64,000 nucleotides of DNA from Octopus bimaculoides (lineage: Eukaryota). Where the stretch lies: assembly GCF_001194135.2 (NCBI RefSeq), contig NC_068999.1, positions 7,875,609-7,939,608 on the forward strand, given 5' to 3'. Under the pieces are notes generated by a model. It was not told the origin of the DNA. It searched no databases and was given only the letters and a program-made list of their open reading frames with translations. Position 1 is the stretch's first letter. The number at the start of each line of letters is the position of its first letter. Shown one piece after another: positions 27,545-41,718 of the stretch. The position numbers and the translations under genes were made by a program.

Positions 27545-27910
27545 ACAGGCTGGCTGTAGAGCTGGAAATCTTGCTTCTCAACCATGTGGCTTTGAGTTCA
27601 GTCCCACATTATGGCACCTTGGGAAAATGTCTTTTATTATAACTCCATGCCGACCAATGTTTTGTGAGTGGATCTGGTAGAAGGAAATTGAAAGAAGTCC
27701 ATATATAAGCCAGTATGTGTGTTTGCATGTATGTTTATATGTGTGTGCGTGCGTGTGTGTGTGTGTGTGTCTTTGTGTTTGGCTTGTTTCCCCCACTACG
27801 GCAAAATAATCCGATAGAATAATAACCAGACTGAAGTCAATTTGTTCAACTAAGCACTTCAAGGCGTCGCCCCAGCTTGGCTGCAATGCACTGAATGAAA
27901 CAAGATAAAA
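27545..27910 (+). mobile_element. Bipartite SINE family A, uninterrupted but diverged
   Basis: Head (TTCAGTCCCAC...GGCACCTTGGG), then a (TG)-rich tract, then the 3' half (CCGATAGAATAA...AAGGCGTCGCCCCAGC). Confidence 0.75.
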
Positions 27911-29149
27911 TTTAAACGAAGAAAACTTGAGAAAATGAATAGAAGGAACATGAATGCATTTTCATTTTCAGTAACCTATCATTGATGCAGAGCAGTGAGC
28001 TAGCAGAATCATTACCACCACGCTGGGAAAAAATACGTAACTCCAACACTGCCGACTACTTATGTTCTGAATTCAAATGCCACGAAGTTCGATTTTGACT
28101 CTCATCCTTTTAGAGTTGATAACATGAATACCAAATGAGCACTGAGGTCATATGTAATCGACGTACAATGTGCCCTAAAATTCCTAGTTTTTTTTTTTTT
28201 TTACTGAAAAAAAGTCCTTATTTTTCCCGTTTGTTTTCTTAGTTTTTTGGCACGCTTTCTCTGACTGCTTGTCAAATATTGCATGCAACCAAAATTCCTG
28301 ATAAACAAATATTTTCCACACCACAAGAGAACACCAACTAAGAATAACGAAAAATGCACTTATACATGAAATCCCCTTCTGCTCTAAAACAAAGTTAAAT
28401 GTTCTAAAATGTTTACAATTTATGTACGTAAACACTGACGGAGGAAGCAATTGATAAATATTCCAGAAATATGCAGGATTTTAGATGAAAATTAAGGCGC
28501 AAAAGGAAACAGAAATTCTACAACAAAACGAATAAAATTTCAAAATCACATACGGCATTGCATCGAAATATTCTACGCAATAGAATCATACGAACCGGGA
28601 CAGTCTACTTATATGAATGCAGTAATCACTGTGTGTGTATGTATATATACATATATACGTATATATATATATATATGTGTGTGTATGTGTATATGTATAT
28701 AAATATATACATAGAGAAACAGAAATAGTTAATTGTGATGTTTAAGGCATTGTTGTTCTTCAGAACAAGGCGTACGGAGAGCAGAGGCAAAACAAAAGCT
28801 TAAACGATACTGTCGGCGTAAACCTTCTCTATACTGTGGCCTGCTATATACAGAAATATTACATTCACTGATAGGTACACACACAGAGACATGCACACAC
28901 GCACACACACATACAGACAGACAGACATATATGCTTTCAGACAATGCTTCAAAGACATATTGAAACGGCAAATATTTCCATGGAAAAGCGAACTCGGACT
29001 ACCAACTGATTGGTAGGAAATGTGTATCTCAGACTACTGTATATAGGAGTATTTTAGTTATGATGTATTACGGAATACTCCACACTTACGTATTGAGTTC
29101 TGTAATGTGTCCCTTCTGATGATGTGTATATTTATTTATGTGTGTGTGT

Positions 29150-29404
29150 GCACGCAGACCTGCTGGCCTAACCAATTGTTACCTCAAGCTTATATACAAC
29201 GACCACAACATGTTAGAAGTGTCGGAAATATCACCATAGTCTAGATACTTCGATCACCTGATTGAGGAACAATTCTTAGACTTCCTTCCGATCACCTACT
29301 AATTGCCAATACAAAACACTAGAACATCGATCAAGAAAGCAAAAAACGTTTTCACAAACTTCAAAAAGAAAGCACAATAGAACGATTTCCATAATAATAA
29401 TACA

Positions 29405-29448
<44 letters not shown>

Positions 29449-29820
29449 TAACAATAATAATAATAATAAGTAACGGAATTAAGGTTTTCAGAACTCGACA
29501 TCAAATACAATTATCAACATAGACAATTTGATACATATATTAACCAAGATAATTATTGACGCTTCTAAAAGGTATGTCGCAATAAGAGACATAAAAATAA
29601 GACCTTATTTTTGCAAACCAGATATATTATGGCTAACCTCATAAATATCAGAACACAACCTCTAAAGTAATATATCAAAATCACGTACAATTCGAAGAAA
29701 TAAACTCAGCAATAAACACAAAATAACCAAAGAGGAAAAAGATTTTAAAAAAAACAAAAAAAGACATCGAAAAATATTGGAAAGTATTTGTATCTGACCT
29801 AAACCACAAACTATCAATAA
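29150..29820 (+). mobile_element. Possible ancient APE-type LINE fragment (endonuclease end and linker), split by (AAT)n
   Basis: PSDHLLIA motif near 29290 and a weak linker-like translation. Heavily degenerate. Confidence 0.3.
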
Positions 29821-29830
29821 AAATATAGTG

Positions 29831-30008
<178 letters not shown>

Positions 30009-30329
30009 GCAAAATCCTGTGTCTCACTACATCTCGAGTCATATTAACTTAATATTCCCGTTATTTCAGGTCAAATGTTGCTATTATTTGCTTATCAACG
30101 ATATATATATATATATATATATATAATACAAAGAATACATATACATGTATACACACATATATGTACATACTTACATCTACATGTGTATATACATGCATAT
30201 CAGGGTACAGGACGTTAGAACAATAAACTACAGACAACGGAACGAACACATAGGAAAACGGAAAGCCACTTGGAATATCCCTTCATCAGCTGTCTCTATT
30301 CTATCTAGACGTTTCGAAATACATATATA

Positions 30330-30730
30330 CAGGGTGCGGTGGGTAAATTATCACCACTTTATATATTTTTTATTTCGCGCATACGCATTGTTTGTCTTAT
30401 ATTTTGTCGAGTACCCAGTGTAGTAGGATCAAGTGGGCACCGTCTGTGAGAAAACAACACCATGACGCAATACACAGAAATTTGGAAACGACATGCTCTA
30501 TTGCTTGGCAATCCCACACCCCCACCCCGAAGCTCCAATACGAACATTTCAGAATATTTGGGTGTCAATCTGAGGACAGTGCAATCTGAGGAGATGTACC
30601 GAAAATAATTAAAATCAAACATCCTGTCAACACTATGGTGTTTGGAGTGGTCACTTGTGATGGCGAAGTTATGCCTCCATTCATCTTCCCAGACGGGCTC
30701 AGACTCAGCAAGGAAGTCTACATCAAGCTT
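30330..30730 (+). mobile_element. Second deleted copy of the maT-like family (5' TIR, N-terminus fused to mid-transposase)
   Basis: TA-CAGGGTGCGGTGGGTAAATT start. Shares GTGGGCACCGTCTGTGAGAAAA with 42500-42530 (reverse complement). Encodes IKHPVNTMVFGVVTCDGEVMPPFIFPDGLRL. Confidence 0.8.
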
Positions 30731-31055
30731 AAATAATAAACCGCTTCATTTTTGAAACTCCGATAAAGTTGTAGGGTGATACGCAAGCACTCAAATATGA
30801 GTGTATTACATCTATAGCAGAAACAGCTGTAAAGTAATGAACTTCATTACATAATGTCTTATTCATTACATAATGTCTTCCCTTGTCATTTATTTAATTT
30901 CTTATTACTGGTCTGTACTCGACTGACGCTTTTTTTCTGAAGATTATATGTAATGATATCTAATAATAGGTTATTAGCATCAGTATGTCTAAACGAAATT
31001 TATATGTCTGTGTTTATGTGTTTGTGTATGTGAGTATAAATACATATACACGCAT

Positions 31056-31132
31056 AGATAGATAGATAAATAGATAGATAGATAGATAGATAGAGAAATA
31101 GATAGATAGATAGATAGATAGATAGATTGATT

Positions 31133-31196
<64 letters not shown>

Positions 31197-31198
31197 TA
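31056..31198. repeat. (GATA)n microsatellite
   Basis: Direct reading; other (GATA)n tracts at ~7515, ~22400, ~44340. Confidence 0.97.
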
Positions 31199-32131
31199 GT
31201 AATATATTCAGTCGGAGATAGAAGTCAGAACTAGATTAAAAGTCTTACTAGGAGAGTTTGCGTTATATATCGTACCTCCAGACATTACACACCAATAGAC
31301 GGATAACTTATTCGATGCCATTTATCAACGAACAGTCATCTTAAGAAAGCAAAACTCAATTACAAGGTAACAATAATTAGATGAAGCAGGAAATCTCTTC
31401 TGCATTGAAACAAGAAACTCAATAAATTAAAACTTCAGTGTTTCTGATTTCAAGAGCAATTGTTAGAACCATTGATATTATGTTAAATAGAAATCGGCAG
31501 AGTATTTTTGTTGAATTAAACAGAATTTTAGGGAGTGATTAAGATTTTCAGTGATTATGATCTGCATGATAAACGTTAAGGTAGGCGAGCATTTTCATTC
31601 GAGCAGAAATTTCCGAACAGTTTGCATTATAAAAGGAATGTCAGTTAGATAATATTAAATTCTACTTCGTCTATTCATGGTCGTTTCTGAACTGATTCGG
31701 GGATAATAGAAAATTAAATATTCGTGTGTTTATATTGGAAATAACCAAAAGAACTAAAGGCAAATGAGAGAGGACTTCAGGAATACATTATAAATGATCA
31801 GATAAAACCAAACGCTTCACAGAAGCAAGAGTATAAGGAATACATAATGACTAGAGTTATATATCACTGGACGTGAGTAATATTTAAGCAAATAAGCATA
31901 ACAAAATAACTAAGTATGACGGTGAGTTTGAGAAGCTCGCTTCGTAAATACATGGTTGCGTTTATGTATAGTATAGTATATCTCAGTAACGAAGAAGTGA
32001 ATGAAATTAAAGTGAATGGAAAATGGAAAAACGAAACGGGGCGTGTGCGGTGGTGTTTTTATATAGAGTAAAAACAATCGACCCAAATTTTAAACGTACA
32101 AAACGAGAATCGTGTAGACTGAGGGAAACCA

Positions 32132-32169
<38 letters not shown>

Positions 32170-33057
32170 ATATATATATATATANNNNNNNNNNNNNNNN
32201 NNNNNNNNNNNNNNNNNNNNNNNNNNNNNNNNNNNNNNNNNNNNNNNNNNNNNNNNNNNNNNNNNNNNNNNNNNNNNNNNNNNNNNNNNNNNNNNNNNNN
32301 NNNNNNNNNNNNNNNNNNNNNNNNNNNNNNNNNNNNNNNNNNNNNNNNNNNNNNNNNNNNNNNNNNNNNNNNNNNNNNNNNNNNNNNNNNNNNNNNNNNN
32401 NNNNNNNNNNNNNNNNNNNNNNNNNNNNNNNNNNNNNNNNNNNNNNNNNNNNNNNNNNNNNNNNNNNNNNNNNNNNNNNNNNNNNNNNNNNNNNNNNNNN
32501 NNNNNNNNNNNNNNNNNNNNNNNNNNNNNNNNNNNNNNNNNNNNNNNNNNNNNNNNNNNNNNNNNNNNNNNNNNNNNNNNNNNNNNNNNNNNNNNNNNNN
32601 NNNNNNNNNNNNNNNNNNNNNNNNNNNNNNNNNNNNNNNNNNNNNNNNNNNNNNNNNNNNNNNNNNNNNNNNNNNNNNNNNNNNNNNNNNNNNNNNNNNN
32701 NNNNNNNNNNNNNNNNNNNNNNNNNNNNNNNNNNNNNNNNNNNNNNNNNNNNNNNNNNNNNNNNNNNNNNNNNNNNNNNNNNNNNNNNNNNNNNNNNNNN
32801 NNNNNNNNNNNNNNNNNNNNNNNNNNNNNNNNNNNNNNNNNNNNNNNNNNNNNNNNNNNNNNNNNNNNNNNNNNNNNNNNNGCTTCAGATAGCGAAATTC
32901 AGAATTTTTCAGACAAAGAATCTCATGAGGTTTTTTAAGTAATAAGATTAATGGAAAGACGTGAAAAGATAGTTGTATACATTATTTCTTCAATTTTAGA
33001 ATTATTTAACGAGATACCACTAATTATATTACAGAATATATCTCTTAGTGTGTGTAC

Positions 33058-33135
<78 letters not shown>

Positions 33136-33217
33136 TGTGTGACTATACGTATATAAATATATGTAAAAATATACAAAATTATATGTCTATATATACATAC
33201 TCAGAAATATATTTGAA

Positions 33218-33262
<45 letters not shown>

Positions 33263-33499
33263 ATACATACATATGTATAGACATTTATATACATATATGA
33301 AGATATGTGCATGCAAATATATATATATATATATGTGTGTGTTTAAATATGCATGTGTGTTTATCTATACATATATAAGTATATGTGGAAACTTACAAAG
33401 ATAGATGGTTACACATATATATGTATGTGTGTGTGTGTGTGTGTGCGTGTGTGTGTGTGTAAATATATATACGTATGTATGTATATATATTTGTATTTT

Positions 33500-33710
33500 T
33501 GCTGTCGGTGTTTATTCCCCACCATCGCTTGACAACAGATGTTGGTGTGCTTATGTCCCCGTAAGTTAGTGGTTCGGCAAACGAGACCGATTGAATAAGT
33601 ACTAGTCTCACAATGAATGTCCTGGGGTCGAACTGTTCAGCTAAAACCCCTTAAGGAGATGCTCCAGCATGGCCGCAGTCAAATGACTGAAACAAATGAA
33701 AGGGTAAAAT
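33500..33710 (+). mobile_element. SINE family A 3' half
   Basis: Same module, preceded by (TG)/(TA) repeats. Confidence 0.85.
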
Positions 33711-33724
33711 AACATATCTGTATG

Positions 33725-33758
<34 letters not shown>

Positions 33759-33942
33759 TGTATGTATTCATGTATGTATGGACGTACGTACGTATAAATA
33801 CAAAAAGGAATGTAGTGTGGAAAAGGGACAGAGGTCAAAACTATTGAAAAGTTTGCAAGACGTAACGAAAATTTTAGAAATGTAAAGAAGGAATAAGTTG
33901 AAATTTCACCGGTGAGTGTGTTATGACTCTCCCCAGACAACA

Positions 33943-33984
<42 letters not shown>

Positions 33985-34242
33985 TTATGGGTTTCAGCCA
34001 AGNNNNNNNNNNNNNNNNNNNNNNNNNNNNNNNNNNNNNNNNNNNNNNNNNNNNNNNNNNNNNNNNNNNNNNNNNNNNNNNNNNNNNNNNNNNNNNNNNN
34101 NNNNNNNNNNNNNNNNNNNNNNNNNNNNNNNNNNNNNNNNNNNNNNNNNNNNNNNNNNNNNNNNNNNNNNNNNNNNNNNNNNNNNNNNNNNNNNNNNNNN
34201 NNNNNNNNNNNNNNNNNNNNNNNNNNNNNNNNNNNNNNNNNG

Positions 34243-34390
34243 TATCGTGGAGAGGAAAGCGTCGAGTTTTGTCTTGAAGACCTCCACATCCGTGTCTTGC
34301 AGGTCTCTCAAATGTTTTGGCAGGGCATTAAAGAGCTGAGGTCCTCTGAAACCGAGGCTGTTGCAGTACCTCGTTCTTATACATGTTTGA
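34243..34390 (-). mobile_element. CR1/L2-group LINE ORF2 C-terminal fragment
   Basis: IRTRYCNSLGFRGPQLFNALPKHLRDLQDTDVEVFKTKLDAFLSTI; runs into an N gap. Confidence 0.7.
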
Positions 34391-34432
34391 GCCCGAAGAC
34401 TGTAGCCATGCTGGAGCACCGCCAGTATGTAT

Positions 34433-34467
<35 letters not shown>

Positions 34468-35989
34468 AACATACTTTCGACTTCATTTCGTCGGGCCTTC
34501 AGAAGATGTTTTCTAAACAGATTCAAGAGTCTCCTACCGTTCTCAACGGGGGTCTCAACCAGTCTCAGGTACGTTCATTTGTCTTGGTTATTTCTTCCAT
34601 ATCCGCGTAACTACAATCCACACCATCACCAAAACACACCACCACCAACACCATCCACACCACCACCACAAACCACACCACCACCACCACCACCACCATT
34701 GATTTCTAAGACACGAACAAAGGTCAAGGTCACCAACATTTCTCCACTAAGTAGAATAAAAATTGTCCTAGATACCAAAAATATCAACTGAAATCAAATA
34801 TAAATGTTTGATGACAAAATTAAAAATGATGTTACTAGGTGACTAATATTTCCTTTACGTCAGCCAAGCCACGAGATAATATCCGACGTTAAATTTATAT
34901 TAAGGATACATTAAACCAACCGCATTAAGCCTACCAAAGTACCATACACAGTTGTATTGTATATTTGATTGACTTACAGAATAATAATTTTTCATTTTTT
35001 AAATTAAAAACTAAATTCTCAGACGTGTTTTTTTTTTTAAGATAAACGATAATTTCGTCGAGGTAAATTACACCTTGGAACATTAAAATAAGTAAATAAA
35101 CAATATTTGGAGTATGATAAAATATATACGGTATTAATTCTTTGTTTTCGATGCGACCACGAGATTTTCTCTTTCTATTTTTTAATATTTAATATCAGAT
35201 ATTAAAACCAGATGCAAAAGCAATTGTATTGTAAAATTCTTTGCCGTCTGTTCCATTTGATGTTATTAACTAAGTCAATATTCCCCAGCATTTAAATATG
35301 TTTTATTACTTTTTGCACAGAAACGAATTACAAATTATGACGTCTGTGTCATTTTTATTATCTAAATTTTGTTAAATATGATAATATGATCTTCAGTTTC
35401 TCAGAGAAAATACAAACGTGCCCACTCACAATTGTATTCGATTCGACTCTTGTCAGTAGTTGTATTTCAATTTTCTGTTTAAAATCGCAGCTTATAATAT
35501 TTCATATGCAAATATTAGCATTTAATTCATACATTAGAGAGATTTAATACGAACTGGTTGATACTAATGGCAAATTTTGGTGTCCGCAAGTAATTACATT
35601 ATTTCGTATACAAACTGTAAAGAGGAACATTCTGTCTAAGTTACTCATCGAATCGAAAATCGAAACGGAAGACCTGTGAGAATAATTAATCATCAGTTAA
35701 TTACACAGGCTAACAACAAAAGAAAACTAATTTTTATACTGTTTAAATATTTGGACCCGAACTAGGATATTGTCATCACGTCAAAATTTTTTAAGATACT
35801 GGATCCATATTACATAACAGCAAAGGAACAAGGCGTAACATACAGACATACTTAGAAATTGGTTATTCTTCAAAACCAGAATGTTTTCTTGTAATTCTAT
35901 TGAAAAACTAGTAAAAGTCTGAAAAGTTCTACAAATTACATCATTGTTTATGCCTAATTACTCATAAATTTGCGTTTCGGTGATGTTGC

Positions 35990-37090
35990 TTGAGTGCTGA
36001 AGCTCAGAGATCGCGAGCTAAGTTCCAGCAATAGTCCACCATCATATGCAAGCTCCATCTGACTTGATACCTTTGTTCCATTGATTTTACGTCTCAATGG
36101 AAACGTTTTCTCTTCTCGTCACTTGAGTCACCAAAATTTTCAGGGAATTTATTAAGGTAAGTATGGAGTTACTGCAGATTTATGTTCGTATTTGCTCCCA
36201 AGTTTTTGAAGTTTTGCAGTATGTTATCGACTATTTCAGCATCGACATTTGCTTTCCTTTTTGCCTAGAAAGCCATTTACAACAATTATAAATTCCATGC
36301 TGCTGTTTCAATGCAATTCATATGTATTAAGTTCCCATCTTTCATCAATTTTCTGATTTGAGGCCAACCAAATACTCCAGTTCTTATCTTTCCACTGCTC
36401 AAACCGGAAAATATGCTGTCGATATAGTGAAAGCATAGTCCAGCTTTATCCAGACCTTTTAGGAGTCTACTTCATAATGCCAAGTTTGAAATGGGAGTGG
36501 AAGTAGGATGATTTTTCTCGGTTGAACTAAAAGTTCTTCAACTTCATTAAAAGGCCCTAGATCTAATGTTCGCTTTGGCCATTGTTTCATCTGTCGATTT
36601 TTTTCCTGGCTCTGCTATCCTACATACGTAAAAGGCATGAGCATTTGGTGCATCCACTTTGTTGACCCAGGAGAAAATTGACTATCGATTTTCTCTAGCA
36701 CTGCTTTCGTGATATCATATTTCTCTGCTAGTTTTATAGAGTGAGTACCTGGAGTAGAGGCCAACATATTTCCATCACGAAGCATTGTCTTCCGCCATTC
36801 CCATTATCTTATGTCACCCTCATGCACATCAACCCCTCAATCTTTGTACACTACACTAGTTCATATAAGTACTAGTTCATCATCTTATATGGAGAATGGT
36901 AAATATTCAGCATCTCTAGTGCAATAGAAGGTGACTTGGGTTTGTTCCTTAAGAAGTCTCTTTTTCCTATAATCGAGACGCAAGACTTCTGCAGATTCTT
37001 TTAATACGTGTTCGTTCCTTACCAAGACCCAGAGAATTTTTGATCAAATAGGTGTGGTCCTGATGAGTTTGTGGCAAGGTAATCCGGAAC
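35990..37090 (-). mobile_element. Degenerate Chapaev3-like (CMC superfamily) transposase
   Basis: Frameshifted translation gives QQSGCTK..., LH/FKLGIMK...GLDKAGLCF, GKIRTGVFGWPQIRKLMKD and FPENFGDSSDEKRKRFH.DVKSMEQRYQVRWSLHMMVDYCW. These match the recalled Chapaev3 motif SDEQGERFHQDIxxMExRYQGRW.xxMxADYCW. Confidence 0.75.
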
Positions 37091-37154
37091 ATCTGCAAAT
37101 ATACAAATATATAAAAACACTACACTCATTATTATATTTGGAGATTCTTTTTAA

Positions 37155-37295
37155 TTTTGGCACAAGACTAGCAATTTTGCGGGAAGGCCATGTCATTTAT
37201 ATTGACCCCAATACTTGACTAATATTTCGTTTTATAGACCCCGAAAAATGACAAGCAAAAATGATCTCCGTGGGATTTGAACCCAGAATTTAAAG
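37155..37295 (-). mobile_element. Degenerate SINE family B
   Basis: TTTTGGCACAAG...GACCCCGAAA...GGATTTGAACCCAGAA. Confidence 0.6.
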
Positions 37296-38049
37296 AGGTG
37301 GAATATAATTATAAGAATAACGAAACTCGGTCGCACTTTTGAAACAGATTTTTCATCCATGCTTGTTCTAAATCCAGAGAATATGATTAAGACGTTAGCA
37401 AGAACGGATTAATTTCAAGGTTCCATCGGGACTCGAAACAACCTGTAAATTACAGCTATCTATAATTTATCGCTTCCTTACAATGCAAGCAACTGATATT
37501 GCATAGGCGTCGAATGTGAAAACCTTGTCAAGTACTATGATAGACAAGACAATGCGGAGCCAGGATTTTTGCTTGAATAGAAACCAATAGCCAGAAAACC
37601 TAAAAGTAATTAGTTTCGTTTACCTTATCTTAGTTTTCTTCAACAACTTTCAAATCCATTCAGAGCAGATTCGATAGAATAACACGGGAAAAAAACAAAG
37701 CAAAAAAAAAAAAACATTGACTAGTCTTCGGGTTACGTTAATATTACTATTACTATTTAACGCAAGTAACATGTGCGTTTGTATTTATGTTGCTATCTTC
37801 ATTTAATTTTGTTTAAGCAGGACTTTTCTAAAGACAATACAAGCGTGAATTTTGCATTTTCAACAGTGGAGACTAATTTAAGTTAATGAAAGGATTGATC
37901 GCCCTATTTCCATGCTGATGGTTTGGTAGTGCTAAATAGGTATTCAAAATTTTTGAGGCAATACTTTTCGGTAGTGGAATCAAACACACGCAAACACACG
38001 CATGCCTGCACGTGAAAAAATATGCACATACAGATAGAAAGAGCGAAAT

Positions 38050-38107
<58 letters not shown>

Positions 38108-38287
38108 GAGAGGGACATCACGAGTAATTAATTGAAAACGATTAGCATAAGCAATTTCCCTCTCCTCGTACACATAAAGAAAAATTTGATAACACACGTA
38201 AACAATGAAAAAGAGAGATAGAGAAAGAGGAAGAGAGAAAGAGCGAGAGAGAGAGAGAGGGGGGATGGAGAAAGATAGAGAGAGAAA

Positions 38288-38770
38288 TTGTTGCTGTTGT
38301 TGGCACACCGTCGCTTACGACGTCGAGGGTTCCAGTTGATCCGACCAACGGAACAGCCTGCTCGTGAAATTAACGTGTACCCATAACGTGTACCCATAAC
38401 GTAGTTCTCGGGGATATTCAGCGTGACACAGAGTGACAAGGCTGGCCCTTTGAAATACAGGCACAACAGAAACAGGAAATAAGAGTGAGAGAAAGTTGTG
38501 GTGAAAGAGTACAGCAGGGTTCGCCACCATCCCCTGCCGGAGCCTCGTGGAGCATTAGGTATTTTCGCTCAATANNNNNNNNNNGAAATAAGAGTGAGAG
38601 AAAGTTGTGGTGAAAGAGTACAGCAGGGTTCGCCACCATCCCCTGCCGGAGCCTCGTGGAGCATTAGGTATTTTCGCTCAATAAACACTCACAACGCCCG
38701 GTCTGGGAATCGAAACCGCGATCCTATGACCGCGAGTCCACTGCCCTAACCACTGGGCCATTGCGTCTCC
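38288..38770 (-). mobile_element. Young tRNA-derived SINE, family C, with (CAA)n tail
   Basis: Reverse complement of the 13809 family with intact A/B boxes. A 99-bp segment is repeated across a 10-N gap. Confidence 0.85.
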
Positions 38771-41718
38771 ACGATCACAGAGTAGTAGCTATTCAAACTG
38801 AAGTATATTAATGTAGGAGGATTTCAGCCGCGAGATATAGCTTTAGAAAATTGGCCTGAGTACTCTTTTCTTCCAATTTCATTAAATAACTTAGCACATC
38901 TAGAAATTATTTTCAGATGAATAGAAGCTGTCTGGAAATATGTTATGAATAAAAAAAAGACTTAACAAAACGAAAATACAACAGATGGTGGTGGTTATGG
39001 TTGGAGTTAAAAGGATTACACTTAATTATTATATGTTGCTACGAGTTATGAAAGAAATCCAATTTATTGTAGATAGCTAGAGAGAGAGTGAGAGGCGGTA
39101 GGTACTTTAATGTGACCATCACAAATGACAGTTTTAGTCTATAGTTATCAACAGAGATGCTGCTCTTGCGCTGCTGTTTCTTCTCGTGCTTAACCTCCCT
39201 CATGTATAACTGTCATTAACACAGTACAAAATTGTCAATATACTTGTAATTGGCTGAAGGCATTCGTCATATTCTTTTCACGACGAATCTTTTACAAAGA
39301 ACCAAAACCGCCGGCGTTAGTTTCTCCACTCAAAACCCGCAAAGCCTTTGTTAGATTGCTGTTATTGATGTTCCCGTTGTTGCTGTTTTGTTTTTTTCCT
39401 GTGTAAATATTTTAGAAATATTCTCAGCTTCTCAACATAATTATCTTCAAAAGACAACAACATAAATGACAAGAAATAAATAACTCAAAGAACGTTGCAC
39501 GTTAACATCTGTCTGTCTGTCGCTTCATACAATCACTAAGTGAAAACGCCATCATATTGATAAGACTGAGACTTTTTATTAATATCCCTTTACACCTGTC
39601 GAAGTATTGTATAACTAGCGATAATACTAATTGAGCGTGTGTGTCTGTGTATATTATGTGTATATACATATATCAATATACACATATATACATGATTGTA
39701 TGTGCATATATATATATAGACGGACACTGAAAGAAGCCCGTCGTATATCATTATATATANNNNNNNNNNNNNNNNNNNNNNNNNNNNNNNNNNNNNNNNN
39801 NNNNNNNNNNNNNNNNNNNNNNNNNNNNNNNNNNNNNNNNNNNNNNNNNNNNNNNNNNNNNNNNNNNNNNNNNNNNNNNNNNNNNNNNNNNNNNNNNNNN
39901 NNNNNNNNNNNNNNNNNNNNNNNNNNNNNNNNNNNNNNNNNNNNNNNNNNNNNNNNNNNNNNNNNNNNNNNNNNNNNNNNNNNNNNNNNNNNNNNNNNNN
40001 NNNNNNNNNNNNNNNNNNNNNNNNNNNNNNNNNNNNNNNNNNNNNNNNNNNNNNNNNNNNNNNNNNNNNNNNNNNNNNNNNNNNNNNNNNNNNNNNNNNN
40101 NNNNNNNNNNNNNNNNNNNNNNNNNNNNNNNNNNNNNNNNNNNNNNNNNNNNNNNNNNNNNNNNNNNNNNNNNNNNNNNNNNNNNNNNNNNNNNNNNNNN
40201 NNNNNNNNNNNNNNNNNNNNNNNNNNNNNNNNNNNNNNNNNNNNNNNNNNNNNNNNNNNNNNNNNNNNNNNNNNNNNNNNNNNNNNNNNNNNNNNNNNNN
40301 NNNNNNNNNNNNNNNNNNNNNNNNNNNNNNNNNNNNNNNNNNNNNNNNNNNNNNNNNNNNNNNNNNNNNNNNNNNNNNNNNNNNNNNNNNNNNNNNNNNN
40401 NNNNNNNNNNNNNNNNNNNNNNNNNNNNNNNNNNNNNNNNNNNNNNNNNNNNNNNNNNNNNNNNNNNNNNNNNNNNNNNNNNNNNNNNNNNNNNNNNNNN
40501 NNNNNNNNNNNNNNNNNNNNNNNNNNNNNNNNNNNNNNNNNNNNNNNNNNNNNNNNNNNNNNNNNNNNNNNNNNNNNNNNNNNNNNNNNNNNNNNNNNNN
40601 NNNNNNNNNNNNNNNNNNNNNNNNNNNNNNNNNNNNNNNNNNNNNNNNNNNNNNNNNNNNNNNNNNNNNNNNNNNNNNNNNNNNNNNACTTGTGAGTGGA
40701 TTTGGTAGACGGACACTGAAAGAAGCCCGTCGTATATCATTATAAAACCGGCCGACAAGGGTGGAGCCGTGGCGGTGTGGCGCGTAGACCTCAAGTCTGA
40801 AACTTGAGAAATATTTTGTTAATATTTCTAGCCACGTAAGTAAAGCACCTGAAGAACGTAAATAAAATAGGCAGATTTTGCATTTGGTTGAGGGCTTGGT
40901 TGCATTTGCAGTTTGGATATACAGCGTTTAATAACTACATGCTAATATTTTACTGTATACTACTTGTTATCGTTGCCGTTGCTTTACTCCAGGTCAGCGA
41001 GCCACCTTATGATCCTATTCAAGTGCGATGTATCTAAACCTACATTGCTTCAATTGTCCTTCTTTTTTAATATGAAAGCGTATGATTCGAGACAAATTCA
41101 GTTACTGTTAATAGCAGGTCGAGTATTTTCCCAGAGGCTACTTCGTTTGTTCATCTATATAATTATAATAATGCTATGAATACGTGGAAAAAATGGCAAT
41201 GATTGACTTTAACAAAAATTAATCGGAATGAAATTCCCAGAAGGTTTCCTTAAATTCAGTTGGCATGACGCGAGAAAGAATTTAACATGTAATTGCAGGT
41301 TCTGCTGGAGACCATTTAAAGACGCGGAATGGTGGAATCAGTCGGAGAGATGCTGTCTTACCGCTGCGCTTATCTTTGGGTTTGCGCATCTCCATAAAAT
41401 TTTGGAGTTAATGAGGGCATTGATATTACAAATTTTTGTAGCTTCAATGAACCGAACAGCAAAAAAGTATTGTGGGACATGAATTTACAGAGTTAACGAG
41501 AATAAAGTTCCGTTTTAAATATTCACCAGAATCCCAAACTTAATAATCTGTAACACAAAGAGAATGCAGACTCGCTGTTACGATGTGGCTTTCAATCAAC
41601 CACCGATAATTGATCATTTATTGTCCTCTCTCTCCCTCTTTTTCTCTTACGTTCTAACTCTCCTTTCTCTTTTATGTATTGTGTTGTATATAATGATATT
41701 GATAATCTCAAATATATA

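Noticed and set aside
30185-30320. CTGATGA and GAAACGTC on the minus strand of a TA-flanked short repeat (related head at 22110-22215)
   Set aside because: The order would require a type II topology, but stem I does not pair; not called as a ribozyme.
38476-38683. Exact 99-bp direct repeat inside the family C SINE
   Set aside because: The identical copies flank a 10-N gap, which is the signature of unmerged overlapping contig ends.
39720-40746. Identical ~37-bp SINE-head segment on both sides of a ~930-N gap
   Set aside because: Cannot be separated from a scaffolding artefact without reads.
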